NCBI GenBank assembly: GCA_964016885.1
Contig: OZ024740.1
Coordinates: 235,476,001-235,540,000 of the forward strand
DNA: 64,000 nt
DNA from: Eledone cirrhosa
Taxonomy: Eukaryota
Direction of reading: 5' to 3'
Shown: positions 25,327 to 38,252 of the stretch, piece by piece
Layout of the letters: the number at the start of each line of letters is the position of its first letter
How positions within the stretch are numbered: the first letter of the stretch is position 1
The notes under the pieces: model-generated
Database searches by the model: none
What the model was told of the DNA's origin: nothing
What the model saw: only the letters and a program-made list of their open reading frames with translations
Made by a program: the position numbers and the translations under genes

Positions 25327-25910
25327 ACTGTGCATAGAGGGCGTGATTTGGTATGGACACCAGTACTTCACCGTACTACCTAAACTATATATATATATAT
25401 ATATATTTGATATTTGATATTTTTCCTCTCTTTACGTTGCTTCAACTTTCCTGTCTGTTTACATGTCTTTCTCTTTCTCCATCCATTTCTTTTTATCCCA
25501 ATAACTTATTTTAGTTGTTGAATCGCCCTAGGCTGAGGTATCTTGTCTCTAACGTGAAGAAATACCTATGATGCCTAGTAGACAACTGATGACAGATAAT
25601 CCTAACTTCTAATTTCTAATTTTTTCAGAAGATCCCGTTAAGGGTGAAAGCAGCAATTCTTTGCTTAAACTTTAATCTGTTATTTTAATAAATATATATA
25701 TATATATATATATATATTTTGTATTATCTGTTGCATGTATTACACTCTGTGCTTTTAATTTGAATATGAATTTTTGTACAATTATCGTAAAATATATGTC
25801 ACATCCATTCCACCCTGTAAATACGAAACTGTTGCTCACAACATCAATATATATGTATCTATATTATTGTTCAGTTGAATAAGAGGTTAATTATATGTAC
25901 AAACATTGAT

Positions 25911-25962
25911 AATGCTCCGATGACTCCAAATGAGAGTTTGGAAGAAACGATTGTCAGCTATT
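25911..25962 (+). ncRNA. Hammerhead-like motif with variant core CCGATGA
   Basis: AATGCT-CCGATGA-CTCCAAA-tgagag-TTTGGAa-GAAA-CGATTG-TC-AGCTATT; related to 10096-10144. Confidence 0.55.
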
Positions 25963-26014
25963 AAATGATTTGAACACAACTTTGATAATTATATATATAT
26001 ATATATATATATTG

Positions 26015-26272
26015 ACGGTCGATCAACAAGATTCCAGACCTTACTGGCTTAACAAGTGGAGTGGAGCTTGTCAAATCGGACTGAGGTAACAATGTTTCCA
26101 TTGGTCTTTCCATATTGCTAATACTATCTACCGATTACAAATCCAGGCAGAAGGAGCAACATGAAATAAAGTGTCTTGGTCAAGGACACATCGCCTAGTC
26201 CGGGAATCATAATCGAATTCATAACCTAATGATTGCGAATCCAAGTCTCTAACCATTCGGCCACATGCCTTC
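26015..26272 (-). mobile_element. tRNA-derived SINE (family 2 head, different tail)
   Basis: gaaggcatgtggccgaatggttagag...tgtccttgaccaagacactttatttc; tail also present in the copy at 44347-44560. Confidence 0.65.
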
Positions 26273-27144
26273 GCATGCACGCATTCACGAGTGTCAGCTG
26301 AAAAGTTTGTAAAAGTCCTGGAGATTGGCTCCACACACACATATATACACATCTTGATTATTTGATTATTTTAAAACTTATTCAAAATCATAGGCAATAT
26401 ATTTCATTAGAAATATGGTGAATGTTTAGCAAACTTGTTCCCTATAGCTCTTATGCTCCCATTTCTTCACTTTTCTTCATTATTTCTTCTCTTTCACCTT
26501 CTATTTATAGTTCTACACCCTTTTTCTCTCAATCAAAAACTGACTCCATCTCTTCCCACCGCCCCTTTAATATACACAAATTCCTTCCACTTTTTCTTTC
26601 TTTATTTCTTCCTTTCTTTCTATCTTTATCATTCTCTCTCACTCTCTTTATCATTCACCCATTTTCTATATGACTGTTATTTTATCACCTTATCCTCTAA
26701 CTTACTTTTTCTATTAGAGAGCTCTATCTTTATTCTTTCCACCTCTTCTCTATTACTTGCTCATGCTATATCTTCCCCATTCACTGTTTCTTCAATTTTT
26801 CCTTATATTTTATTGTCTGCCCATCTGAATGCTTAGGCGATTGTATACTATTTGTCTCTCTCTGTTCCCCCTACTCTGTCAATCTTACCTATCAATTTAT
26901 CTATCAAATCTACCTTTCTTTATAATACTTTATTTATTTATTTATCTTCTACCCTTCTCATCTCAGCATTACTTTCTTCTTCCACATACTTTTAGCATGT
27001 CAAAAAGCATTTGTATCCAACAACCTTAAAAAGTGACACAGAACTTGGCTTTTTATATAGTGATTATGTTAAATTCAAAGCTATGAGTTGTATGATAAAT
27101 ATATAAAATAAGATAAATGAAAAGCACATGCAAATAACGATGTA

Positions 27145-27720
27145 TATCATCATCATCATTATGTCTACTTTACCACGCTTGTATGGGTTGGACAAGTCCT
27201 TCTCAGCACGGCATCTCTCCACATACAGTGATCGTTTGTCATCGCCTCTTGTAAGTTTCAGTAATTTGAGGTCAGTTGTCACAACCTCTGCCCAGGTTTT
27301 TCTTGGTCTACCTCTACAGCAGTTTCCTTCCACTGGCATTTCTTGACATTTCCTCACCTAAAGTGTGCATGTATGTATATATATACATATGATGAGCTCT
27401 CTTGTAATGTTTGATGCATGAAGGCCAAAAGATTTTACTTTCTCTTTACTCCACATTTTAGTGTTTGTATCTTTTGAGACACTAAACCTTCTTTGCTTTT
27501 GCAAACCAAACCACATCCTTCACACACAAACCGTTGAACAGAATCTGCATTCCTTCCAGCTTGCCTTAGATCACCTACGTGCTCAATCCTTGTGTTGACA
27601 TGGTTCCTGACCCTATTTTGACAGAATTTCATCCACATATTATGGTCAGCAGTACATTCCTCAAATTCTGATAGTTGTTTTCCAATATGCTTGATATTAT
27701 TCTTCAGTTTATCCTCTATA
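27145..27720 (-). mobile_element. Two old RTE 3' fragments (27145-27358 and BovB-type 27440-27720)
   Basis: GRPRKTWAEVV; C-terminal FVCEGCGLVCKSKEGLVS zinc finger. Confidence 0.6.
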
Positions 27721-28374
27721 TGTGTGTGTATCTGTGTGTGTGCTGTACATGTCACACGAGTAGATAAATTGCACTCACTTTGTTTTTATGATATTTTGAT
27801 CTAGGCATAAGTTGCATGTTGCTGTTCATAAACACTATTTGCAACATCTCTTGTGGTTGTATTTAAATAACGAGAAATCTTTTAGATTAAATAATCAGAA
27901 TTCAGCCTAGCAATGTCCTGGAACCATAGATATTGCAGCAATGTGGATTTAAGCGCACAGTGGACATATTAAAATGTTTTTGAATCACCAATCAGAATTG
28001 ACTGACAATATATGTAACAGCTAACATTTAATGGGCATTAGGATTACAGCTGGCTGATAGAAAACTACCCAACTATGTTTCACATGCATGGAAGTTAATT
28101 TCATGCAAGACATCATTAGTGTATATTTATTTACAATGCTGACATTAATAGTGAGTTAATACTGACATGACCAATCCACTCTGGATTTTCAATCATCCAA
28201 ACATAATGTGTTTGTCTGTCAGTGATTGAATGCTGCAAATTTCAAGCCAAGAGCAAGGTTAGATAGATAAGTTGCATGCAAACTTTTACGCTAGATTTTT
28301 TAAGTGTAAAAGATGTGAATTATCTACATGTATGTACAGTATATTTCTGTGTGTGCATGCTAGCATAGTAAAAC

Positions 28375-28804
28375 AGAGGTAAAATAATAATTATTTCTAC
28401 TTTTGGCACAAGGCCAGCAATTATCCCAGTGCATTACTAGTACTTTATTTCATCGACCCCGTAAGGATGAAAGGCAAAGTTAACCTCGGCGGGATTTGAA
28501 ATCAGACCATAAAGGGCCGTAACTCTATGCTTCAAAGCATGGCGTCCGACCCTCTACTGACACTGCTAATCCACCGCCCCAGAGGTAAAATAATAATTGT
28601 TTCTACTTTTGGCACAAGGCCAACAATTATCCCAGTGCATTACTGGTACTTTATTTCATCGACCCCGTAAGGATGAAAGGCAAAGTTAACCTCGGCGGGA
28701 TTTGAACTCAGACCATAAAGGGCCGTAACTCTATGCTGCAAAGCATGGCGTCCTACCGGCTACTGACACTGCCAATCCACCGCCCCAGAGGTAAAATAAT
28801 AATG
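28375..28804 (-). mobile_element. Two tandem SINE family 1 copies sharing a triplicated target site
   Basis: agaggtaaaataataat at 28375, 28581 and 28788 brackets two full copies. Confidence 0.85.
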
Positions 28805-29751
28805 AGGATATGTTGACCCTTGAAAACTTGCCAAATGGTTGAAAGGACTTCAGTTGTGTCAAATACATGACAACCTCTCTGGTGATTTTGTCATGATGAA
28901 ACTCAACCAGTACAGTCTATAGGGTACAAGAATGTATGCAAGCTGGGTACTAGCATGGTCTATGATGACCCCTCCTGCCTTTGCTATCAGGGAAAACAGA
29001 TATTAATGATAGTGATGAATATGGTTATGATAATATAGGGGATGATAATGATTGGTAGAGCAACGATTTTGGTATGATCAGTATCAGACATTCAAAATTC
29101 AAAGGTATTTACTATATTAATGTGTATTAATATGCATGTACGAATTATATATACATGTATCTTAATCTGCTTGAGTAATACTTCAGTGTCTATAGTTGAA
29201 TATATGTCTACATGAGTATTTTTAATGCATATATGTATACACATATATTTATACTATGTACACACACATATACACATATAAATTAAATGTGCAATGATGT
29301 GCAGCTGTTATTGATGTAAAGCTACTGTTATATCAGTGGTGCACATGAATGCACCATTTCTATGTAGCATCTGTTAAAGTTTTGGGTCCATTTCTTTGTT
29401 GATATTGATGTATGTATGTGTGTTATTTTGTATATATTCTGTGTATATATCATGTGTATGTGAGTTGTACACAGCTAGAAAAGAGGTGGGAGAAAAAGAA
29501 TGGAAACTCAGAAATACAAAGACAAAAGAACATGATGAGAAATTTATGAAGAATGCCACACTTCATAACAATGGTAACCACAAGCACACACACACACAAA
29601 TATACACATATGTAGACACGTGCACATGTATGTGTGTGTATGTCTCTCACTGTATATATATATATATATACATACATGTGTGTGTGTATGTATGTATATA
29701 TACATACATATGTGTGTATATATATATATATGTGTGTGTCTGTGTGTATAT

Positions 29752-30267
29752 ATCATCATCATCATCACCGTTTTACGTCCGTTCTTCCACGCTAGCATGG
29801 GTTAGACGGGTTGTCCTGTTGTGGGCAGTGTCTGGTCGACTGACCATGCCTTGCTCATACAGTAACTGATTTGGCTTGATTTCTACAGCTGGATGCCCTT
29901 CCTAACACCAACCTCATTTACAGTGAGTGCTGGGTGCTTTTTCGTGGCGCCTACACGTCCACTTTACAGTGTGGGCTGGGTGCTTTTTTGCCGTGGCACC
30001 TCCACGACCACCATGGGAGGTCGGGTACTCTGTATTACTGCATGACGCCAGAAGTCATTGCCTTTGAGATGTGTAATTGGGTAAGGTCGGCTTTTATCAC
30101 CTCATCCCAGGTCATCTTGGGTCTCCCCACTCCGCGGTTTCCATCAACTTCTAGTGCTCTGCACCTTTTTATGCAGCTGTCATCCTTCATACGCATCACA
30201 TGTCCATACCAGCGCAACCGCCTCTCCTGCACACAGCATTTGATTCCTCTTATGCTCAGTCTCTCTA
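29752..30267 (-). mobile_element. RTE subfamily 1, 3' fragment
   Basis: [23 protein letters not shown]... plus 3' UTR with small deletions. Confidence 0.85.
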
Positions 30268-30359
30268 TTTATGCTTATATATATATATATATACACACAC
30301 ATACACATTCATACATATATATGTACACACACACATTATGTGTGTGCATACACATTAGT

Positions 30360-30700
30360 GTTCATGGGAAGGTCCCTTCGAAGCAAAATGAAATCTGTTT
30401 TTGTGGAAAGATGATATCCTCGTCTATGTTGTTGAGTGTTGAAAACTACAGAATGAAATATATGGTGTTAAACAATGAAAGAATAAGACAAGTTGAAATA
30501 GCTAATCAACCAATTGTTTTACAATCGTTTCAGGGAGCAAAATTATTGATGTGTAGACCAATCGATGGCAGCTAATACTATGGAGTTGCATAGCTAACAT
30601 TGCTTGGTGTGCACATCGATAATTTTGCTCCATGAAATGATAGTAAAACAACGGATTAATGAACTATTTCATCTTGTCTTATTCTTTCATTATTTAACAA
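30360..30700. mobile_element. Diverged fold-back pLTR-like remnant with hammerhead 3' half
   Basis: ~95-bp inverted arms (30466-30560 / 30605-30699), each with GAAA-(C/T)GAT(T/A)G-TA-AAACAA; ends in (TA)n. Confidence 0.5.
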
Positions 30701-30723
30701 TATATATATATATATATATATAT

Positions 30724-31143
30724 AAACGGAAAAAATGAAACGAAATTTCATTTCCCACTCTTTCGAAATTTCGTTTCATTTTTTCCGTTTATCGTTTTCG
30801 GTGCACCCAGCCGATTAACCCATTCGATATGCAAATTGGGCTACTCAGCCATTAATATGCATAAGGTAAGTATATACGTTCAACAATCTGGCGGGAAGGT
30901 ATACGTTGCTGACGATAGCTAATAAGCTTGAAGCTAGTACAGCGTTCCTTTGTCAGTGTTGAACAAACGAGCAACGGTGGTTGCTGGACACTACGGCTTA
31001 ATACGGGATGTTTGTTTACAAACACACCGAGCATTATAATAAATGTTCGGTGAATCCACACGTGCATATATATGTGTGTGCATGTATGTATATATATATA
31101 CTACTGTATGTCTGTATACATATATGTATGTACGTGTACATAC

Positions 31144-31148
<5 letters not shown>
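30724..31148 (+). mobile_element. R2 retrozyme-like copy with short 5' inversion; hammerhead at 30903-30945 (GAAA to GAAG)
   Basis: ACGTTG-CTGACGA-TAGCTaataAGCTT-GAAG-CTAG-TA-CAGCGT; TA tracts on both sides. Confidence 0.75.
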
Positions 31149-31174
<26 letters not shown>

Positions 31175-31271
31175 CATTAGTCATTAGAACATTGAGATGC
31201 ACATATACATACATAATTACACACATGCCTGCATGCACATTAACACTCACAAAAACATATTGATTTTCTCT

Positions 31272-31636
31272 CATGCATATATACATGCACACATATGAAA
31301 ACATACACATATATACATGCATATATACATGCACACATATGAAAACATACACATATATACATGCACACATATGAAAACAAACACATATATACATGCATAT
31401 ATACATGCATATATACATGCACACATATGAAAACATACACATATATACATGAACACATATGAAAACATACACATATATACATGCACACATGAAAACATAC
31501 ACATATATACATGCATATATATGAAAACATACACATATATACATGCATATATACATGCATATATACATGCACACATATGAAAACATACACATATATACAT
31601 GCATATATACATGCACACATATGAAAACATACACAT
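31272..31636 (+). repeat. Minisatellite of 32-bp and 12-bp units
   Basis: atgcacacatatgaaaacatacacatatatac interleaved with atgcatatatac. Confidence 0.85.
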
Positions 31637-32199
31637 CAGAAGATGGAGGGCACAGAACCCACAGTCTGACATTTGATGTGAATGAATACAATTGGTGTGG
31701 CTATTATGGAATATAAGGTACCACATTAAAGGGCAGAGAGGAAAAAGGTCTAGGGTCCCTTTGTTCCTACTATATATGTCCCTAGGTTCCTACTATATAT
31801 CAACACAATATACTCATTCACCAAAGCAGTGCAACTTCTGGCTCACATATGCAATCTCTCTGCATTCTGTCTATTTTATTGCCTCTTCAATGGTCTCTGC
31901 AGCTTGAAAGTAGTTAGCTGGATATAACCTTCACATAGGCCAGTCTGGCATGTTTGCCTTTCCTCCTCTCAGTAACTATACTGTGTCTCATCTCCAAGCC
32001 ATTCACTAATACTAAACCTCATCCTTCTTTATCACCCTATGTAATTCTTTATTTACCTCCATTTAAAAAAAAATCTAGATTTCACTATACAGATATTCAA
32101 GCTAAACATTAATTGTATCAATATCAACTGTCTTGTAAGATCTGCAAATATCTTAGGCACTGGCTTTATTTTGTGACTAAACTGTAATCTAGGTGTATG

Positions 32200-32236
<37 letters not shown>

Positions 32237-32465
32237 ATGTGTGTGCACATATCCTATCTCCCTTCTACGGGAAATATAGGGCTCTTTAGTTGAATCAATG
32301 ACCAATAATTTCATTGGTGCTGGTGACACAAAATGCACATGGTACCCTCTGTAAAGTGGTTGGTGATAGGAAGGGTGTCTGCCAAAAGTTGTCGAGAGGA
32401 CGCTTCAGTATATCAAAGACATGATAACCTCCCTAGTACCAGCACCTTGAATAAAATGTATGCTG

Positions 32466-32945
32466 TACGAGGTTTGTCCCAAAGGTAAGGGTACTAATTT
32501 TACTATGTATGACTTGTAACACAGCACCTCATTGATGTATATAGGCATATTGGTTATGACCTTGGCTGCATACATGTAAAGTTTCGATGTGATTGATTGA
32601 GTCAGTCATGAGTTATTACTGTTTATGTACAGATGTGTTTATAATCTCTGTTACATTTGTACTGCAGCAAAATATTGAACAATGGTTCACAATCAAATTC
32701 CGTGTGAAACTCAACAAATCTATCATCGGAACATTTAATTCTTTAACACAAGATTATAGGGATGCCACTCTAACAAGGTTTTTAAGAGGCACAAAACTTT
32801 CAAAGAGAGACGAGAAAATGTTGAAGATGAGCCTCGTTCTGGATGGTCAATCTCGTTAACAAATGAACAAAATGTGAAAGTGGTGCAAGGAGTGATGGCA
32901 AAAGTGTTAGGATGATTGCAGAAGAAATGGCTTGTATAAAAATGG
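32466..32945 (+). mobile_element. Mariner transposon, 5' remnant
   Basis: TA-CGAGGTTTGTCCCAAAGGTAAG TIR-like start; EQWFTIKFRVKLNKS... and (frameshifted) RENVEDEPRSG HTH motifs. Confidence 0.7.
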
Positions 32946-33327
32946 TTGTTTTGGGTGCCTCAACAAAAAGCACCCAGCCCACACTGTAAAGTGGTCATGT
33001 TGGTATCACAACAAAAAGCACCCAGTCCACACTGTAAATGTGGATGGCATAAGGAAAGGCATCCAGCTGTAGAAACCAAACCAGAAACAGTTCTATATGA
33101 GCAAGACATGGTCATCTGCTCTGACCCATGTTAGCATGGAAAATAGACATCAACCCATGTTAGCATGGAAAATAGACATCAAACAGTCATGATATATATA
33201 TATATATATATTAGTTTAACAATGATAATAATAACAAAGGCAAGTTATTTTACATATTTCTTTCATTGTTTTACAATCACTTCGAAAAGTTTTCATTCAG
33301 GAATCTTGACTAGTGACTAACTATTAT

Positions 33328-34398
33328 ATCATCATCATCATCATCATCACCGTTTTACGTCCGTTCTTCCACACTAGCATGGGTTAGACGGGTTGTCCTG
33401 TTGTGGGCAGTGTCTGGTCGGCTGACCATGCCTTGCTCATACAGGAACTGATTTGGCTTGATTTCTACAGCTGGATGCCCTTCCTAACACCAACCTCATT
33501 TACAGTGAGTGCTGGGTGCTTTTTTGTGGCACCTACACGTCCACTTTACAGTGTGGGCTGGGTGCTTTTTTGCCATGGCACCTCCACGACCACCTTGCGG
33601 TGGGAGGGTGTGGGGGCATATTGTCTATATGCTTCAGCTTGTACCCATGGGAGGTCGGGTACTCTGTATTACTGCGTGACGCCAGAGGTCACGGTCGTGT
33701 GTCATCGCCTTTGAGAGGCGTAATTGGGTAAGGTCGGCTTTTATCACCTCATCCCAGGTCATCTTGGGTCTCCCCACTCCGCGGTTTCCATCGACTTCTA
33801 GTGCTCTGCACCTTTTTATGCAGCTGTCATGTCCATACCAACACAGCATTTGATTCCTCTTATGCTCAGTCTCTCTCTCAATTCATTTATGCTTTGTTGT
33901 TCACGTATATTACTGTTACACATCCATCGGAGCATGCAGGCTTCGTTTCTCTCTAATCTACGTAAGTCTTCCACCTTCAGCGCCCAGGTCTCACTACCAT
34001 GCAACATCGCTGTTCGGATACACGCATCATACAGTCTGCCTTTCATTTTGAGGGAGAAGCCTTTTGCAGCTAGCAGTGGTAGTAGTTCCCTAAACTTCTT
34101 CCATCCCGTTCTTACCCTAGTTATTGTACTTTCTGAACACCCACCTCCGCTGCTAATTCAGTCACCTAGGTAGCAGAAGCTGTCTACTGTTTCTACAGAG
34201 CCCTCCCAGAGATTGGTGGTACTTGTTTCCTGTGGCTGTTTGCTGCTTGCTGTCCCAGCACAACTGCTGCATGTGAAGCCTACATTCTTAATTAAGCTTC
34301 CTGAGATCCCGCTACATCTCTTGTGTACCCAGTGTTTGCATTTGGGGCAGAGAATGGAGTTCCTACCTACACCTTTCCTACATACTGAGCAAGGCCAT
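33328..34398 (-). mobile_element. RTE subfamily 1, 3' fragment (from PHD finger to tail)
   Basis: Near-identical to 12555-13655 with internal deletions. Confidence 0.88.
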
Positions 34399-34429
34399 TA
34401 TATATATATATATTATATATATATATATA

Positions 34430-34845
34430 TATAATATAAGATCAAAAGTTGGTTAAAAGAGTTCCAAGTATTTTATTATGCGCATTTCAAAAACAAATAT
34501 CATCATGGGATGATATCTGCATTCTCATCAGATAAAATAGGGATACATGATATGAAGCTTTAAAAACACTTGTGAATAGTGAAGTTTTAAATCAACATAT
34601 GTGTTGTTTAAATCAACAAGTGTTTTTTAAGCTTCATACCATCTATCCCTATTTTATCTGATGACAACGCAGATATCATCTCATGATGATATTTGTTTTT
34701 GAAATGCGCATAATAAAATACTTGGAACTCTTTTAACCATCTTTTGATCTTATATTATTTATACTCCAGTCCTACAAACTGTAGAGTGCTACTTATCCGA
34801 TATTTGCATTGCTTTATTGTGCTACAATAAAACTCACCTCCTACA
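34430..34845. mobile_element. H1 pseudo-LTR fold-back with two hammerheads (34470-34538 minus; 34651-34719 plus)
   Basis: Inverted pair joined near 34600, with extension to ctcacctcctaca. Confidence 0.8.
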
Positions 34846-35510
34846 TATATATATATATATATATATATAATAGTTAGCCAAGAGTCAAGATTCCTGAATG
34901 AGAACTTTCTCTACAAGAAACCCAACAGGGTTGTACTGGCGCTCACAAATCTAGTCTTCAAATAGCCCAATCCTTCTTATCCACTAATAGAAGATATCAT
35001 TTTAAAAATCACCTATTAGGCAAATAAAACCAATGGAAGATTCTGGTAGGTCTTGCTTTAAATTTTCACATGCAAACAACATGAATAATATGTACTGCCT
35101 TACTCTCAAACTTACTTTTTCAAACTCTTACATTTGACATTTATACAGCAATAGTTTGTTACCTAAAGTCTCACATTTATATAACTGTTTTCCAAAAAAA
35201 GGCTGAAATAGCAAAGATTTCCTGTTTAATGAATTTCTTGATACACATTTTACTAGAATTCCAGACCAACCAACTATCTGGAAAAGGTTAAAATCATGAT
35301 AGATTAGACTCCACCAACTCACTGATCTAACAATTATTAATATAAAAAATAACAAACAATAACAAAATTGGATCTTGATATACAGCAGAGATCGCACTTA
35401 AATGTAGGAGAGTCAGCATTGTAGATGATGCTCTTGCATGAACTTAATTCTGATACCTAAAGCTTATAGAATGTAAGAACTAAGCTACATACCATTGTGC
35501 ATGTGTATAT

Positions 35511-36890
35511 ATCATCATCATCATCATCATTATCATCATTGTTTAGTGCCCATTTTTCATGCTTGCATGGGTTAGACAGGTTGTCCACGTCATGAGACAA
35601 GTCTAGCCAGTTAGTCGCACTGTACCTTGCTTAGATGGAACTGTAAATTTGGCTTGGATTTTTACAGTTGGATGCCCTTCCTAACACCAACCACATTTAC
35701 AGTGTGGAACTGGATGGCACCATTAGGAAGAGGGACAGGGCTGCTCACAGTGGAACCATAGTTTGGAAGCCAGGTGGTCCAAATCTGAGGGAGGTCTGGC
35801 CAGTTGGCCGCACCAAACCTTACACTGTTACTGGAAGACTGGGCAGATGGCCGCACCGTACATTGCACAGTATCAGGACTGTTGCTGTGATTTGGGATCT
35901 GGGTGGTCCCATTATAAGTCTGGCCAGTTGGCCAAACCAAGCCTTATACATAATAGAGCCCTGGTTGTCACCGTTATGAAGAGGGTCTGGCCAGTTGGCC
36001 ACACCATACCCTGCTCACATCGGAACCATAATTTGGGATTTAGGTGGTCGCACTATGAGGGAGGTTGGGTTAGTTGGTTGCGCCAAGCCTTACTCATAAA
36101 GGAGCCATGTTGCTGGGTGGTCCTACTGTCAACCACATTTACAGTGTGGAGTTAGGTGGTACCAGTATGAATCCGGAGTTGAGTTGTCGACATGAATCTT
36201 TTGTCGTACGTTGTAGTGCCAGAGGTCTTGGTCCTGTGTTATCTCTGTTGAGGTTTAGCTGAGCCAGGTCAGCCATTATCATTTCATTCCACGTTTTCCT
36301 GGTTCTTCCTCTTTTGGGGGCGTCTTACAACCTCTTGTACCTTGCACCTTTTTATACTGCTGTCATCCTTCATGCGCATCACATGTTCATACTACTGCAG
36401 TCTTCTCTCTTGCACACAACATTCGATCTCTCTTATGTCCAGTTTCACACTCAATTCAATTACATTTTGTCACTCATGCACACCTCTGTTACACATCCAT
36501 CTGATCATGCAGGCTTTGTTTCTTTCCAATCTCCATAGATCCTTGGCATGCAGAACCCATGCTTTGCGTTCATGTAACATTGCTGTGTGCATACAGGCAT
36601 CATATAGCTTGCCTTTTATCTTGAGTAAGTGACCTTTTGTAGCTAGTAATGGCAGTAGCTCCTTGAACTTTTTCCATCCCGTTCTTACTCTGGCAACTGC
36701 ACTTTCTGCGCATCCACCTCTGCTGCTAATTTGGTTACCCAGGTAGCAGATCTGCCGACTACTTCTATGGGATCCTCTGTGCAATTGAAGGAGCTTTTTT
36801 CTTTGCTTACTACCTCTGTGCATTCACATATGAAGTCAGTGTTTTTGCTAGTCTACTTGTTTTTTCCACTACATCTATTGTGCACCCCTT
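35511..36890 (-). mobile_element. Older RTE subfamily, 3' fragment with long internally repetitive 3' UTR
   Basis: [31 protein letters not shown]...; (GAT)n tail; repeated gtctggccagttggcc. Confidence 0.75.
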
Positions 36891-37329
36891 CCCACACACA
36901 CATTACATATTAGATATGCATGCTCATATACACATACACACAGAGTTACACACACACATAAACACATCCAGACATGCACACACACACTTTCAGGTTCTAT
37001 TCAGATGACTGACACTTTTGTTAAATGTCTTCTAATATAGGCCCAAGCCAATCAATGTCCTCACCACCATCATCATCACATGCTCACCTTCTATTCTGGT
37101 ATGGGTTGAGCAACTGTCACAGCCCAAGACTAGAAAGGTCAGAGAGATCTAATCTTGTTCATATGTACCATATTTGGCATGGTTTCTACAGTCGGATGCC
37201 CTCCCTAGCATGAATCACTTTACAGAGTGTACTGGGTGCATTTTAGCACAACCACTTTACAGAGGCCTTGTGTGTGAATTTAGTACATCTAAAAGTCTAA
37301 AAAGTCTGTCTTAAGCCAGACGGCTTATT

Positions 37330-37578
37330 TGGCTGTTTCTTATCCTGGTTTCATGGCATGAAGCGACTGAGAGTACAAGACTCCCTGCTGGACAGGACAC
37401 CAGTCCATCACAGGGTTAAACTCTCAGCTATTGCTGGTACTCATTTTCAGTTGAGTATACTGGAGCAACGTGAAATGAAATATTTTGCTGAAGAGAGCAC
37501 ACCACACAACCCAGGAATTGAACCCACAACATCATGATCATAAGTCCAACACCTATACCATTAGGCCACTTGTCTCCA
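37330..37578 (-). mobile_element. Old tRNA-derived SINE
   Basis: ggagacaagtggcctaatgg...gggttcaattcc...atttcacgttgctccag. Confidence 0.55.
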
Positions 37579-38036
37579 CAATTTAGTACATACATAGGTG
37601 TATATATGTATGTGTATATATGTATGTGTGTGTGTGTTTGTGTGTGTGTGTGTGCATGTCTGTATCTGTGCATCTTTGTTTTAACACTGTTTAAAGAAAA
37701 TGGTGATGTTTGTTTAGATCCTGCATAAACAATACTTTACTGCAATACACAGTTAACTGGTTGGACAAAGGTGAAAGGTATATATACTATACTTAAACAC
37801 AGTATGATGAGGTGTCAGGAAAGGCATCTGGCTGTTGAAAAAAATGCCTGAAAAAGTCTTTTCCAAGCAATGTCAGTGTGAAAAGATGTCAAAATTTCAT
37901 ATTTTTAATGTGACAGATTATTACAATGTGTTTTTGTATGTTTGTGTGTATTTGTATATATATGTGCGTGTGTGTAAGGAAAATACTGGGCTGGCTATAT
38001 CTAGTAAGCATATTAAATAATTGACACTACAAAATG

Positions 38037-38191
38037 TCACCAGCACCACCAGCATCATCACCACCACCACCACCACCACAACCACCACCAGCATCATCAT
38101 CATCACCACCACCACCACCACCAGCAGCATCATCACCACCACCACCACCACCACCAGCATCATCATCACCACCACCACCACCACCACCACC

Positions 38192-38252
<61 letters not shown>

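Noticed and set aside
35163-35278. Additional minus-strand exon
   Set aside because: The acceptor looks plausible, but the donor is weak, the peptide is unrecognisable and the phase does not fit the upstream candidate.
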